A stretch of 64,000 nucleotides of DNA from Auanema rhodensis (Eukaryota; Animalia; Nematoda), in the NCBI GenBank assembly GCA_964057225.1, contig OZ059894.1, positions 15,314,001 to 15,378,000 on the forward strand, written 5' to 3'. Position numbers and translations under genes: made by a program. The notes beneath the pieces were generated by a model, which was given only the letters and a program-made list of their open reading frames with translations, ran no database searches and was not told the DNA's origin. Below are positions 53,740 through 64,000 of the stretch, piece by piece; the stretch's first letter is position 1, and each line of letters begins with the position of its first letter.

Positions 53740-54455
53740 CAACAATGAGACAGATTATTTTACTTTTGTTTTCCTTCCATTTCAAAGTTTAAGTTTGTTG
53801 CTCCATCAGTTACGCAAGCTATTATCTTGCTCATCAAATTTGGAGTGAGCGAATCATTTAACTTAATTTTCATCATTCGGGCTGACTGTGAGCCTGATAG
53901 ATCTATAACATCCCATATGAAGTTCATCCGTTTCTGAGTATCATAACTAATTGTGTGAGTGGTCACCGACAGCAAAGAGATAACTAGAATAAGAGTTACA
54001 ACATATCAATGAAATATAATTTTCAAAAAATAAAAAACTAACCTGTGTTTTCTGAACTCCATGCGTTAAACGTTAGCATACGTTTTCGCCTTTTCGCCTA
54101 TTTTCAAGACGTCCATCGCTTTTGTTCTTGATATTACAGAATAAGCAGGATTGAGTTTTTTAATCAACTCTTTTAAAAACTAGTTATCCATAACAGGTAA
54201 ATAAGCAGAACATATGAACTTGGTAAACATCATATTGACTTCATCCTGGGAACACTTGGGTGTGCTTTCAAAAAAATTTGACAGACTCTGCCTAGCTAAA
54301 TGCTTCAAGAATTTGCAATCAACCACATGCGTTTTCAGCATGGTTTTTGACCCAGAATCAGTGTACTTCTTCGAACATTTTCTACATTGGAAGAAGCCTT
54401 TCTCATCTTTTTGAGATCGGATATATTTAAAATACGTGTTGTACTTGTTTCCCAT
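53740..54455 (-). pseudogene. hAT-superfamily transposase remnant (BED finger plus N-terminal catalytic region)
   Basis: BED zinc finger FQCRKCSKKYTDSGSKTMLKTHVVDC, then FTKFICSAYLPVMDN*FLKELIKKLNPAYSVISRT (hAT motif, in-frame stop at 54180), LSVTTHTI and KIIACVTDGATN. It is frameshifted and truncated. Confidence 0.82.
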
Positions 54456-54660
54456 AATTAATTGAGAATGAATACGAAATGTAAGTTGAACAGGCAAACT
54501 ACGTGTTCACTATAGGACTCATAAAACAATTGGATTATGGAATTTACATAAAGTCTATAATTGTATCGATTTGTCTATAATCGTTTGCAAGTATAATAGG
54601 TACATATCATTTAATTTTTATTCTAAATTTTGAATTAGTTAAATAGTTTACTTAAATATC

Positions 54661-55109
54661 CATTTAACTTCAAATCATAAAATCTTCGAGTATTATTCAT
54701 TACCAAATAAAATATTATATAAAAAATATGAAATAGCTTTAATAACATTAGATAGAGAGATTAATAATTCAAAGTTAGAATCTAAACTGTTAATTCGTAA
54801 TACCAATATGAATGTTGATATAATTCAAAATAATAATATAAACCATGCAGATTATGAAAAAAAATAATAAAAATTTTATTTATAATATTTATATTAATTG
54901 CAACTTAATAAATTATTCATACATTAATGAAAACTACATTAATTCCTTGTATATAATAAGAAATATTGGCGACTATTACCATTGAGTCAAAACAATTAGT
55001 TTATCATAAAGTAACTAATGAAATAAAGAAAATTCATATTAGACTTGTAGATGATAAAAATGACTTAATTAAGTGTAATAACATAGATCTTTATTTAGAG
55101 GAAGTATAA
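54661..55109 (+). pseudogene. Maverick/Polinton minor capsid (penton)-like remnant, two frameshifts
   Basis: HLTSN..YSLPNKILYKKYEIALI, then IYINCNLINYSYINENYINSLY, then TIESKQLVYHKVTNEIKKIHIRLVDDKNDLIKCNNIDLYLEEV*. The order and wording match recalled Polinton penton motifs (LP..I.L...YEVAL / CNII..SY.NG / I.IRLTD.NG.LI). Confidence 0.65.
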
Positions 55110-55297
55110 TTTTATTATTATGAGATAAGCTTAAATCGTGAACCAAAAATTATTCCATTTATAAATTTTTGGTTCTCCTTAGTTAATTAATTTTTCTTTT
55201 TATAAGTTTTTGGTCTTTTAATTGTAGTTTGAATATTCTCATTTTCTCTATATTTTTATTATCATTTTGTGACAATTTTGAACTCTGATCGGAAGCA

Positions 55298-55462
55298 GCT
55301 ATTCGAGTCTAAATTTACAATACCTACTTCTCTTGGAAGTATTTCATCTGGCAAATTGTCTCTCATGAATATACCACAGAAATTCTTGATTTCTAGCATT
55401 TCTACTACTTCTTCGAGGTTGATGTTGGCCAATGGTTTAAGGTCTTTCTTCAGAGTACTCAA
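55298..55462 (-). pseudogene. Maverick/Polinton adenain-type cysteine protease, N-terminal remnant
   Basis: KPLANINLEEVVEMLEIKNFCGIFMRDNLPDEILPREVGIVNLDSNS matches the Polinton protease motif PLSN.DL..F.GVF.RD.LP..E.GI.NLD. It is truncated before the catalytic GTHW. Confidence 0.78.
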
Positions 55463-55777
55463 TTATTAAGGTTATTATTATTTATTGAAAATGTTGAAAA
55501 GCTGAAATTTGAAAAAAAACTGGGCACTGGGCAAAATGGACAACAGCTGCGCCAGTCATTTTTTGGTCATTTTTCAAAAATGACACATTTTGAGGAAATT
55601 AAGAAATGTTTTCACTTCAAAAATTGCTTTAAATGGCTGAAAATCTGAAAACGTCATTGGGGGCAAAAAGGTGCGCCAGAAACAACTTTTCACATACTAC
55701 TATTATTTATATTGAAATGTTACAAGCAAGAGCGGATCAGAAATCGGTTGTTCATTTCCGTTTAGAAGGATAAAAGA

Positions 55778-56803
55778 CACAATTGAGTTTTAAATTTCCT
55801 CACCTAAAAAATAGCTAGAAATATATACATCTATTTATTATTATTATTATTATTATTTTCAAAAATAAAAATATAAAATCATTATTGTTTTATAAAATGA
55901 GTTCAAAATTATATATTTATGTATATGTATGTATATAAGTATATATTATATATTATGCTAATGAGCTTGGGAATCCGTAAAACGTGGAATAAACGTGAAG
56001 CGTCATTTGGTTTGAAAGCTTGTTGGCTTAAGTAATCATGAGATTTCGTGGTATCTTTGTGGATGAACGACGTGATAGATTAAGAAAAAAAACAAAAGTT
56101 GGATTTCTTGAGGATTATTTTCTAAGAAGGTTAGTGATGAGCAAGTATGAACTGCAGAGATGTTTGCATGCAATGTGAAGAAATAGATGAATAACTTGAT
56201 CTTCACATTGACAATTCATCATGGTCTACTATTCCTTTTTATCCCTTGTTACTATTATTTTTTCGTGTTTTTGATCATTTCAAGACGTAAAAAATAAATT
56301 AATTTTTATTTTATAGTGAAGTCACAGATTACAAGAAATTGAGAATCATCGTCAATGGCTTCATAGGCTTAATCGTTTGTTCATGTATCTACTACATGGG
56401 ATGGAAACGCTTAAATTTTGCTGATTTTCATCCAGTTTATCGAATTTTATTCAAATGGATTATGATACTAATGATTGTTTTTGCTTTTTCAGCAAGTGCG
56501 GTAAGTTTAATACAACTCTTATTACTAAATAGCCGTAGCAAATGTTTTTTTTAATTGCAAAGTGACAGCAAAAAGTAATTACATTTCAAACATTTGTAGA
56601 TCTTTCGATGTGCTCTGTTTTGTGTATTACTGGGATCTTTAGGAAAAAATGGGCAAGGTTGCATATAATAATGTTTAAGCATTTTCTAGTTTTCAAATTT
56701 AGCTCCCCTTACAATGATGCTTTTTGATAATTTACGAGAAGGGCCTATAGAGAATATTGTCTCAAATTATCGTTTAACAGCTGAAATTATTGTTTGCCAT
56801 CTT
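55778..56803. repeat. Right arm of the 1026-bp inverted duplication
   Basis: Reverse complement of 52563-53588, running from CACAATTGAG to TTTGCCATCTT. Confidence 0.95.
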
Positions 56804-57082
56804 TTTTTACATACTACTAATAATATTTGCAATTCTATTGCTTCTGCTCTTTCCGTTGTATTTTCGAACTTTTTGATGACAATTTCATTCTTTCTCTCAC
56901 TATGTTGGCTTGGAAAGCAGATTTTCTTCAAATTAGAACTACATTTGTTGAAAAAAAATAAATATTGTGTTTTTTTAATGATAACTACACATGCATACTA
57001 CATTCCTAGACATATAGTTCGATTTCTTATGAAATGTAAGATTATAGCTTTCTCTACCGGATGTTTTTGCATACCCCTCTAG
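56038..57082 (+). pseudogene. Truncated, chimeric duplicate of the DC-STAMP gene 5' end
   Basis: ATG at 56038 mirrors 53328. Exons are identical up to AEIIVCHL (56803), then the frame reads through unrelated sequence (FLHTTNNICNS...) to a stop at 57082. Confidence 0.75.
56804..56824 (-). mobile_element. Displaced second terminus of the Maverick-like element plus its TSD copy
   Basis: TTTTTACATACTACT-AATAAT reads ATTATT-AGTAGTATGTAAAAA on the minus strand. That is the same 6-mer TSD and AGTAGTATGT terminus as at 55692-55707. Confidence 0.6.
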
Positions 57083-60000
57083 TCATACTAGTATCTGGAC
57101 GACCAAGATTGACCTTTCTTCTAAGCTTTCAACATCTTCAAAACATATAAAGAAATGGAAACTTAAATTTTAATGAAGACGAACGTTAGAAAATCAATTT
57201 TCTTTTCTGACCTCGTGCTCGGATGTCAGTGATGGATTTGCTTTATCTTCGGTTCAACTCTCCAAATGTAATGTATTTTATATGTTTTACATATCGAACT
57301 ATGATAGTTTTATCAAACCAGTTATATATTTTTTTTTCTTTCAATCTTTTATTTTTATTTTTTTTTTATAATTTGCATATTTTTATTTTTCTCTCATGAG
57401 ATTCATGCACTTTGATTGTTACCAACCTATCATTAAGTTTTCATTAATAACTATGTATGTATGTCGACTTTAGAACTAGATAATGATTCTGATTTGAATA
57501 TGTTCTTTCAACACCAGAAAGCGCATAGATTCATCTTTTTCAAAAATTCATGCAAATATTTCTATCTCGTCAATGCTTTGTTGCATCTTCACTTCATATA
57601 TCATGCCCAAACTCGTAATATTCGATATTCATTCCATGTTTTCAGTTAATATCTTTCTTTCGTTTTCATCTTATTTTGAGATTAAGTTTAGAGATCATAT
57701 AGCATATCAAAATCTAAAAAAAGTAGATAAAACCGTCACAATTTGAGAAGCATCCGATTAATCGTGCCAATCTTGATTTGATGAAAGCTTGGAATAAAGA
57801 GAAAGTATGGAAGTTTCAATGTATATATATAACATAACAATCTTCGAAATAAAAATATAGTATAATCATTGATTCATTAAACTGTGCATAACACAACGAT
57901 TTACTTTCTTTTCTTATTCAATTACTAATTCTTTTAAAATTTTTTATTTCTCATCTTCATCTTTTTCTATTATCTTATAATATTCCTTTTCCAGTTTTTC
58001 TTCATATCTTTTTTCAATACTAATATATTCATTCTACTAGATATTTCATATTTTGAAGAGCAGTGAAATTCAGTTGTCTAAAAATGCTCAAAAAAAATTT
58101 AAATTTAAGATTTTTAAAATGTTTCACATGAGCTATCAGCATGTACATCGTTTTTCTAATGAAATTGATAGACCGTTGAGAGCAATTGATGAGTATGTTG
58201 CTTTTCTTCAGTTCAAAAGAAATTGACAGATGGAGGATAAGCTGAAATTCCTTGAGGGAATTGGTAACCATCTCACAAATATTTACAACTTCCATCCTTT
58301 TGAAAGATATTCAACTTTCCTCTTTATATTTGCAATTTTCTTCAAAACTAAGATTATGTCGTCAAACATTCGCACAGTTATTCATCCAATTATGAAGTAA
58401 TTCATCTTTTTTAACAAAAAATATACTATTACATTCATTTATCCATTCTTAACAAAATAAAACAAATTCTAGCTCTATTCAACTGTAGGTAATACGTAGA
58501 TTTCATTAGTTCTGCTATGCTTTTTTTTTATCTTTTCTTCATACTCTTCAAGTAAACAAAAGCTTTTGTCCTAAACTTAGATTCTAGCGGCAACAGTTTT
58601 TCATCTTCTTTGCGTCGGTCATCAGTCTATCTAGGATTGATATTGACAGATTTAAGTCTGTTATTATTATTCAGATAAAAATAAGCAGCCATTTTGTTTT
58701 TTTTTCTTCATAACCTAATTCCGTTTTGCATACTTTTCATCGTTTTTTTCACAACAAAAGATACAAATTATCAGAACATTTCTCAGAGTTGTACTGGACA
58801 AAACAGAATACATATATATCGAAATATTTATTTTTTCATGAATGATTTTATATGGTTTCAATCGTTATTTTAACAAAAAAAAATCTTAATCAGCATCTGA
58901 GTTATAGTATTTGATATCTACTTTGCCTTTTTCGTTCATGTTTTGATAGAAATTCATTCTTAAAGAACAGATGTACGCGCAGATTTTTCCGGTAGAGGGA
59001 AGAAGAACATGCACGAACTTTCATCCTCCGCCCTTTTCACTTCCTCCATCTTCCGTTTATCACTTTTTTTCGAATCTCTCTCTCTCAATCGTTTCTTCTC
59101 TCCTTTTTCATTTCTTGCTCTACTTCTACCCCTTTTCGTAAAAGTTTAGCTTCAGTTCTAAACCATATGTTTTCTTAATTTTGAAATACTTTAAATATAC
59201 ATATGTATGTATCTATATATGTATAAGAAGTAAAACAACAAGCAAACATCATCCTAAATTCAATTATTCTATTTCATTTTATTATTGTAATCATTACTAC
59301 TGTACTTTCAGCGCCGTTATTTTACAAAAAAAATGTTTTTTTTTTATTTTTTAAAAATATTAATTGTTTTCTATTCATATATAATATATGTTTATAAGTA
59401 TATCATTATTTTAATAATAAAAATGAATAACAAAAACAAAAAAAAAACAAATAAATCAATTTCTCCACGTTTCAATTATTTGAAGAATAGGTTCTTCAGT
59501 TTGAATCATCTTCATGAAAAAAATGGAATAACTCACTTTTCATTCATTTTCAATATTTATATTAAAATAATATATATTATATGACTTTTAGTTGGATGTC
59601 ATTTTAAAAGAAATTCGATTTGAAACCTAAACAAATAAGAAATAGCTTGCATGTTCCATACATAAATACGTGCACAAATGGCTTAACCACAATTCATGTT
59701 GAAGTTAAAATCTACTATAATTTTGCATTTTTTTAACATATAATTTCAAATTATTATTTAAAAATAGCATGTTAAGATTATAATTCCAAGAGTATGACTA
59801 TCGAATTTGTATTTGTTAAAAATACAAACATGTATGGAACTATTTTTTTCCTCAAAAATATATGGATAATCTTGATTGAGATATGAAACCGAGTTAAGGA
59901 TAGTTTAACAGAAAATGCATATTTCTCAGCAAATACCATATATTTTGAAGATTTTCAATGAAACATTTTAAAGACCAAGCAACAATATTCTTATTTTATT

Positions 60001-60381
60001 GATAATATTATTTTTCTTTTCCGTTTAAAAGGTCAGCTTCTATCGAACAAACATTCATATTTCAGCACCTTAAAGCTAAATTCCCTTCAGGGCTGACATC
60101 TTTGTCACCATCATTCATATACATGTGTATATCCTCATATTTTACATTGAAACATCAAAAGATAAAGTATTCTTCAAATCATATTTCAATAATATTGAAA
60201 TATAACAGCATTTGTTTTCTCAAAATTTATTAACTATGCTATAAGTACTTTGAAGCTATTTAACTATTATTAATTTTTCATGTTTAACATTTCTTTTTGT
60301 TTTTGATAAATGTTTCTATTAAATAGTTTCTTCTTATAATTCTATATTTTATATTTTATAACTATAATCATATAATTATAG

Positions 60382-61146
60382 AACTGGCGTTCAAACCAGA
60401 GAATGTGATGGTGACAATTGACGATGAGGATGATGATTCTTTAGATTTTGATATATCTATTTCAGGGTTAGTGTTCATTGTTTTTTTATCAAAATATCTG
60501 AAAACATTCATTAAATCGTAAAAATACTTTTATTCTTGCATAGCCCTTAATCTATAAGACTTTAATATAGATATAACGTAATAGTTGCAGGCCATCCTAT
60601 ATTGGAGATGTTGTCACCATAGAGAGTGTAGAACATGAAAGAACTTATATATTTCAACGAGGGTATGTTATTTACTGAGAATTACTTTAATATTTTTTTA
60701 TTATAATTTTAATAGTATTACTATGCTAATCTACATATCTATAATCCATTTTATACGTAAGAATTGAACAAATATTATGAAACGCTTAGACGAAATGAAT
60801 GTACCTAAATGTATTCAACCAGTCAATGCGTTATTTAATTTAAAAATAATCCAAAAATCTTTTTTTCACGTTCACGTTTATTCGCGTAATCCGTGGAGAG
60901 CTTATTGAACTATTGTAGCATATTCGATAAACAATCAGTACAAAAGTTAAATTATTTTATAAAATCTTTATAAAACATTAATTTTTATATATATTTTCTT
61001 CTTAATATATATTTAAATATAAAACTTAAATATGCTTTAACTAATTTTATTTCAGAATAGCATGTTGTGCTGTTTGGTCATTCGTCTTCGTAATATTCAT
61101 CACAGTGATACTTCTCGTATCAAATGTTAAAATATCAACTGGTTAA
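60382..61146 (+). CDS. Small uncharacterised protein with an acidic patch and a C-terminal transmembrane helix (5' end uncertain)
   Basis: Three phase-compatible GT-AG exons (60382-60466, 60591-60662, 61056-61146): LAFKPENVMVTIDDEDDDSLDFDISISG|PSYIGDVVTIESVEHERTYIFQRG|IACCAVWSFVFVIFITVILLVSNVKISTG*. Confidence 0.55.
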
Positions 61147-62444
61147 TATATTTGTAAACTCAATATAAATTACAAATTTAGAAAATTTTTATTAAAACAC
61201 ATGAGGATATTCTACTGAATTTATCTAGCATTTCATATTTTCTTTGATGTTTATACTTATTTTCATGATACTCAGTAATTGCTTCTTCAAATGGAAATGT
61301 AAATGAATATTTTGTTTCTTGGAATTGAATAAAGAGTTTAACATCATGTTATCTATGTTAATATAATACTTATAAAACAATTAAAGAATATTGATGAATT
61401 ATCATCATCATCTTTATCTATGAAACGAGTTTTTTCTTTCCTAAATTGATCCATATTGGCTTTATACAAGTGATACGAAGAAGATAACTGACTGATGTCT
61501 TATACTCATGTTCTTCTCCATTTTCATTTTTTTCTTTTCTTAATAAGTTATTGAAAAAAATAAATATTTTCCGATAGACGTCTGTTTTTCGTTTTATTTA
61601 TTATTATCCCTACTTTTTCCATCTCAATATTTAAACTTTTCTTTAAAACTTTCTATTTTGATATTAACAAACGATTAGTTATTCTGATTTTAACTAAACA
61701 GACAAACATGAGGGATATAACAAAGCATACAACTTCTAACACTAACTGAAAAATAGGAAGGAAAGGGTGAACAACTAGACCAAGTTTAAATTATCAGAGT
61801 CACATACAATGAATAATATTTGAACAGGAAGTATTTTCTTCAAATAATCTTATTCTAAAGAAAGATGATGAAAAATCTGTGAACAAAAGAATAGCTATTC
61901 TCTCTTTTACTCATATCGTCATTCTACATGTGCCTCTGAAATGAGAATCTTTTTAACGAACGACTATGATACACGACGTCGTCTATCTAATCCAGATGCT
62001 GGCAGATGCTCAAAGTATTGTTTGCTTTTCTTGCCAATATGTCCAACCGAACCTTTCACACATTTTGATCTGAAAAGTTGTATTCAGTATGTCTTCTTAG
62101 TTTATTATTATTCTTTGAAATTTGAGTTGTATCACTTCTATTTCAACATTTTTCCACGCATCCTGTTATTTCTCAGGAACATCAAAACTGTTTTCGATCA
62201 TAGATTACGACACAGCATTCTCAACAAGAAATCCTAACTGAGGTTAAATACTGATCTTGAAGCTTTTTGAGTTTTAATATGTTTCTTTAACCGTTATTCT
62301 GTACAATTGTATTTTCATCATCACGATCAGATTATCTACTAACCGTTGAACAGTTTGTGTGCTAAACGAGTTTACGTTCTCTCCTTAGGAGCAGAATTAA
62401 TCGTCTTTACGTGACTAGACTTGGTCATCGTTTCCTTCATTCTG

Positions 62445-62455
62445 CCCCCCCCCCC

Positions 62456-62520
<65 letters not shown>

Positions 62521-62600
62521 CCTTCCTCTCTCTCTCTTGATCCCTCTTCCTTTCTCTCGTTCTCTTTCTCTCTCTTTATATCCTTCCCTCTTTTGCTCCT
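62445..62600. repeat. Poly-C plus (CT)n microsatellite / polypyrimidine tract
   Basis: Direct C run followed by about 25 CT units and degenerate CT sequence. Confidence 0.9.
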
Positions 62601-64000
62601 TCTTCAAAAACTTCTTTTTCTATCTTTCATCTCCCCGCTGCCTTTTCTCTATATCTTTTGCTTTCACATCCATCTCTATATCTTTAATTCTAACTCCTCT
62701 GTCCTCTTAGCGAATCTGTTGTTGAATTGAGCTTCTAAGCTCAGCTACTCTACTGATTCTTGGCTTAATCAAAAAAACTTTGTTACCGTAGTACATTTTT
62801 TAATGTTTTTTTTTTCATCCTAACCTCATCAATATCATTTCCATTTTCTTTATTTTAAGTGTCTCTTATCCAAATATGAAGCTATGTTATGTATTCTTAG
62901 ACAATTTCATTTATCAAATTAACTTTAACAAAAGAATTTATCAAAATATATATCTATTTATATTGCAAATTTTTTTAATTCAATAATACATCTATTGAAT
63001 AACGGTATTAAAATTATTATTTTTATTTATTTCTTCTTGTAACATCTTATTCACTATACTCTATTTCATCCATATGAAACATTTGGATATTATTTTTTTT
63101 GAAGTTAGAAGACAAGTTTAGTAATCCCAAGTGTTTTCTCATAAGTAAATATTGATCATAATTTTTCATTTTTCTTGATGATAGTACATAACTAATCTTA
63201 TTCTAAAAATGATTTCATTCTTTAATCCCTTACAAATCAGTTTCTGATTCTTCCTCAATGATTTTTTGATCCTTATGATCTGTTAAACTTTTCCTAAACT
63301 TCTTTTGAGTTTCTTGGTCAAAATCTTGATTTTTACTTTTTATTTTTAACCGAGTAATCATAAAACTATTCTTCTTCCAACCTTTAACATCTGGTACTTA
63401 TTTATATAAAAATGATCCTTTTCAATCTTTTACATAATTTTTTTATTATTATGTAAACATAATGAAACTTTTCAATTTATGTGAATTATATTATAATAAA
63501 AAATATTCAAACATCGTTCAAATCTTATCTATTGCAACTAGCTCTACTAACTTTATTATATAACCTATGCTCTATTAAGCCTATTTTAATGTTCTTTTTT
63601 TATTTAAAAAAAGGTCAAAAATGAAAATAGGCTATTCACATCCGGGCAATCTGCTAACATAAAGCCCTAAAAACTAACACACAAGTCTCATATCTCAATT
63701 TCAACGTTTTTTTTCGGAATATTTGGATATTTTAGCCAAACATATCAGTTTTTTCTATCAATTTCTATATCATATCACCTTATTTTAGCATACATTTTCT
63801 TTAATCTCTAAGTATGAAACAAACTGGTTTCTTTCTTTTTTTTTGAAAACAAAAAAACGGACATAATTTGATCCAGACGAACCAAATTTAGACATCACTT
63901 GTGGAGTTTCACCACTATTTATTTTATGTTATTTTTTTCTATTATTCACATGAAAAAAAAAGCAACAATGAGTAGATTTTTGATTTAATTATAACAATTT

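Larger units (their letters stand above)
53589..55701. mobile_element. Decayed Maverick/Polinton-like element carrying a hAT transposase remnant
   Basis: The right end CACATACTACT reads 5'-AGTAGTATGTG on the minus strand and is followed by ATTATT. Subterminal inverted repeats 53590-53631 and 55606-55647 match at 36/42. Penton-like and adenain-like remnants lie inside. Confidence 0.72.

Noticed and set aside
55692-55709. Reading the element ends as hAT termini (TAG... with an 8-bp TSD)
   Set aside because: The 8-bp flanks do not match (CTATTATT vs ATTATTAG), whereas AGTAGT ends give an exact 6-bp ATTATT match.
52563-56803. Reading the 1026-bp inverted repeats as the TIRs of one large transposon
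   Set aside because: The arms are host promoter and exons, the left arm continues seamlessly into the intact gene, and there is no flanking TSD. The real element termini are at 55701 and 56818.
60030-60167. In-frame TGA in an exon-like segment as possible selenocysteine or readthrough
   Set aside because: No SECIS-like element or selenoprotein motif is seen, and the donor phase does not fit the downstream exon.
61941-62014. Possible first exon MRIFLTNDYDTRRRLSNPDAGRCSK
   Set aside because: No downstream exon was found in the window and there is no recognisable homology.
1-64000. tRNA, rRNA, spliceosomal snRNA, CRISPR arrays and telomeric TTAGGC arrays
   Set aside because: None was recognised on either strand by eye. 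A covariance-model scan was not possible.

Overview
This is an AT-rich eukaryotic window with short (~45-60 nt) GT-AG introns and TTTTCAG-type acceptors just upstream of several ATGs, so it is almost certainly a rhabditid-type nematode. Genes in order: the 5' half of an ABCC10/MRP7-like ABC transporter (-); a globin with two alternative, paralogous 5' exon sets (-); a ~15 kb microsatellite-rich gene-poor stretch; a nematode G-protein alpha subunit (-) with a 135-bp Tc1/mariner-type MITE in an intron; a tyrosinase with ShKT domains (-); eIF1AD (+); a calcineurin-B-homologous protein (+); a BPI/LBP/CETP-family protein (+); an inversin-like ankyrin-repeat protein (-); a GPI-anchored Ly6/three-finger protein (-); a SPE-42/SPE-49-type DC-STAMP + C4C4 RING sperm gene (-); and a small tail-anchored protein (+). 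The most unusual region is 52.5-56.8 kb. A decayed ~2.1 kb Maverick/Polinton-like element (AGTAGT termini, 6-bp ATTATT TSD, penton and adenain-protease remnants) carries a hAT transposase remnant. It sits between two 1026-bp inverted copies of the promoter and 5' exons of the DC-STAMP gene. The layout of termini and TSD fits an inversion with a staggered, duplicating breakpoint. All calls come from manual translation and motif recall; no database search was run.
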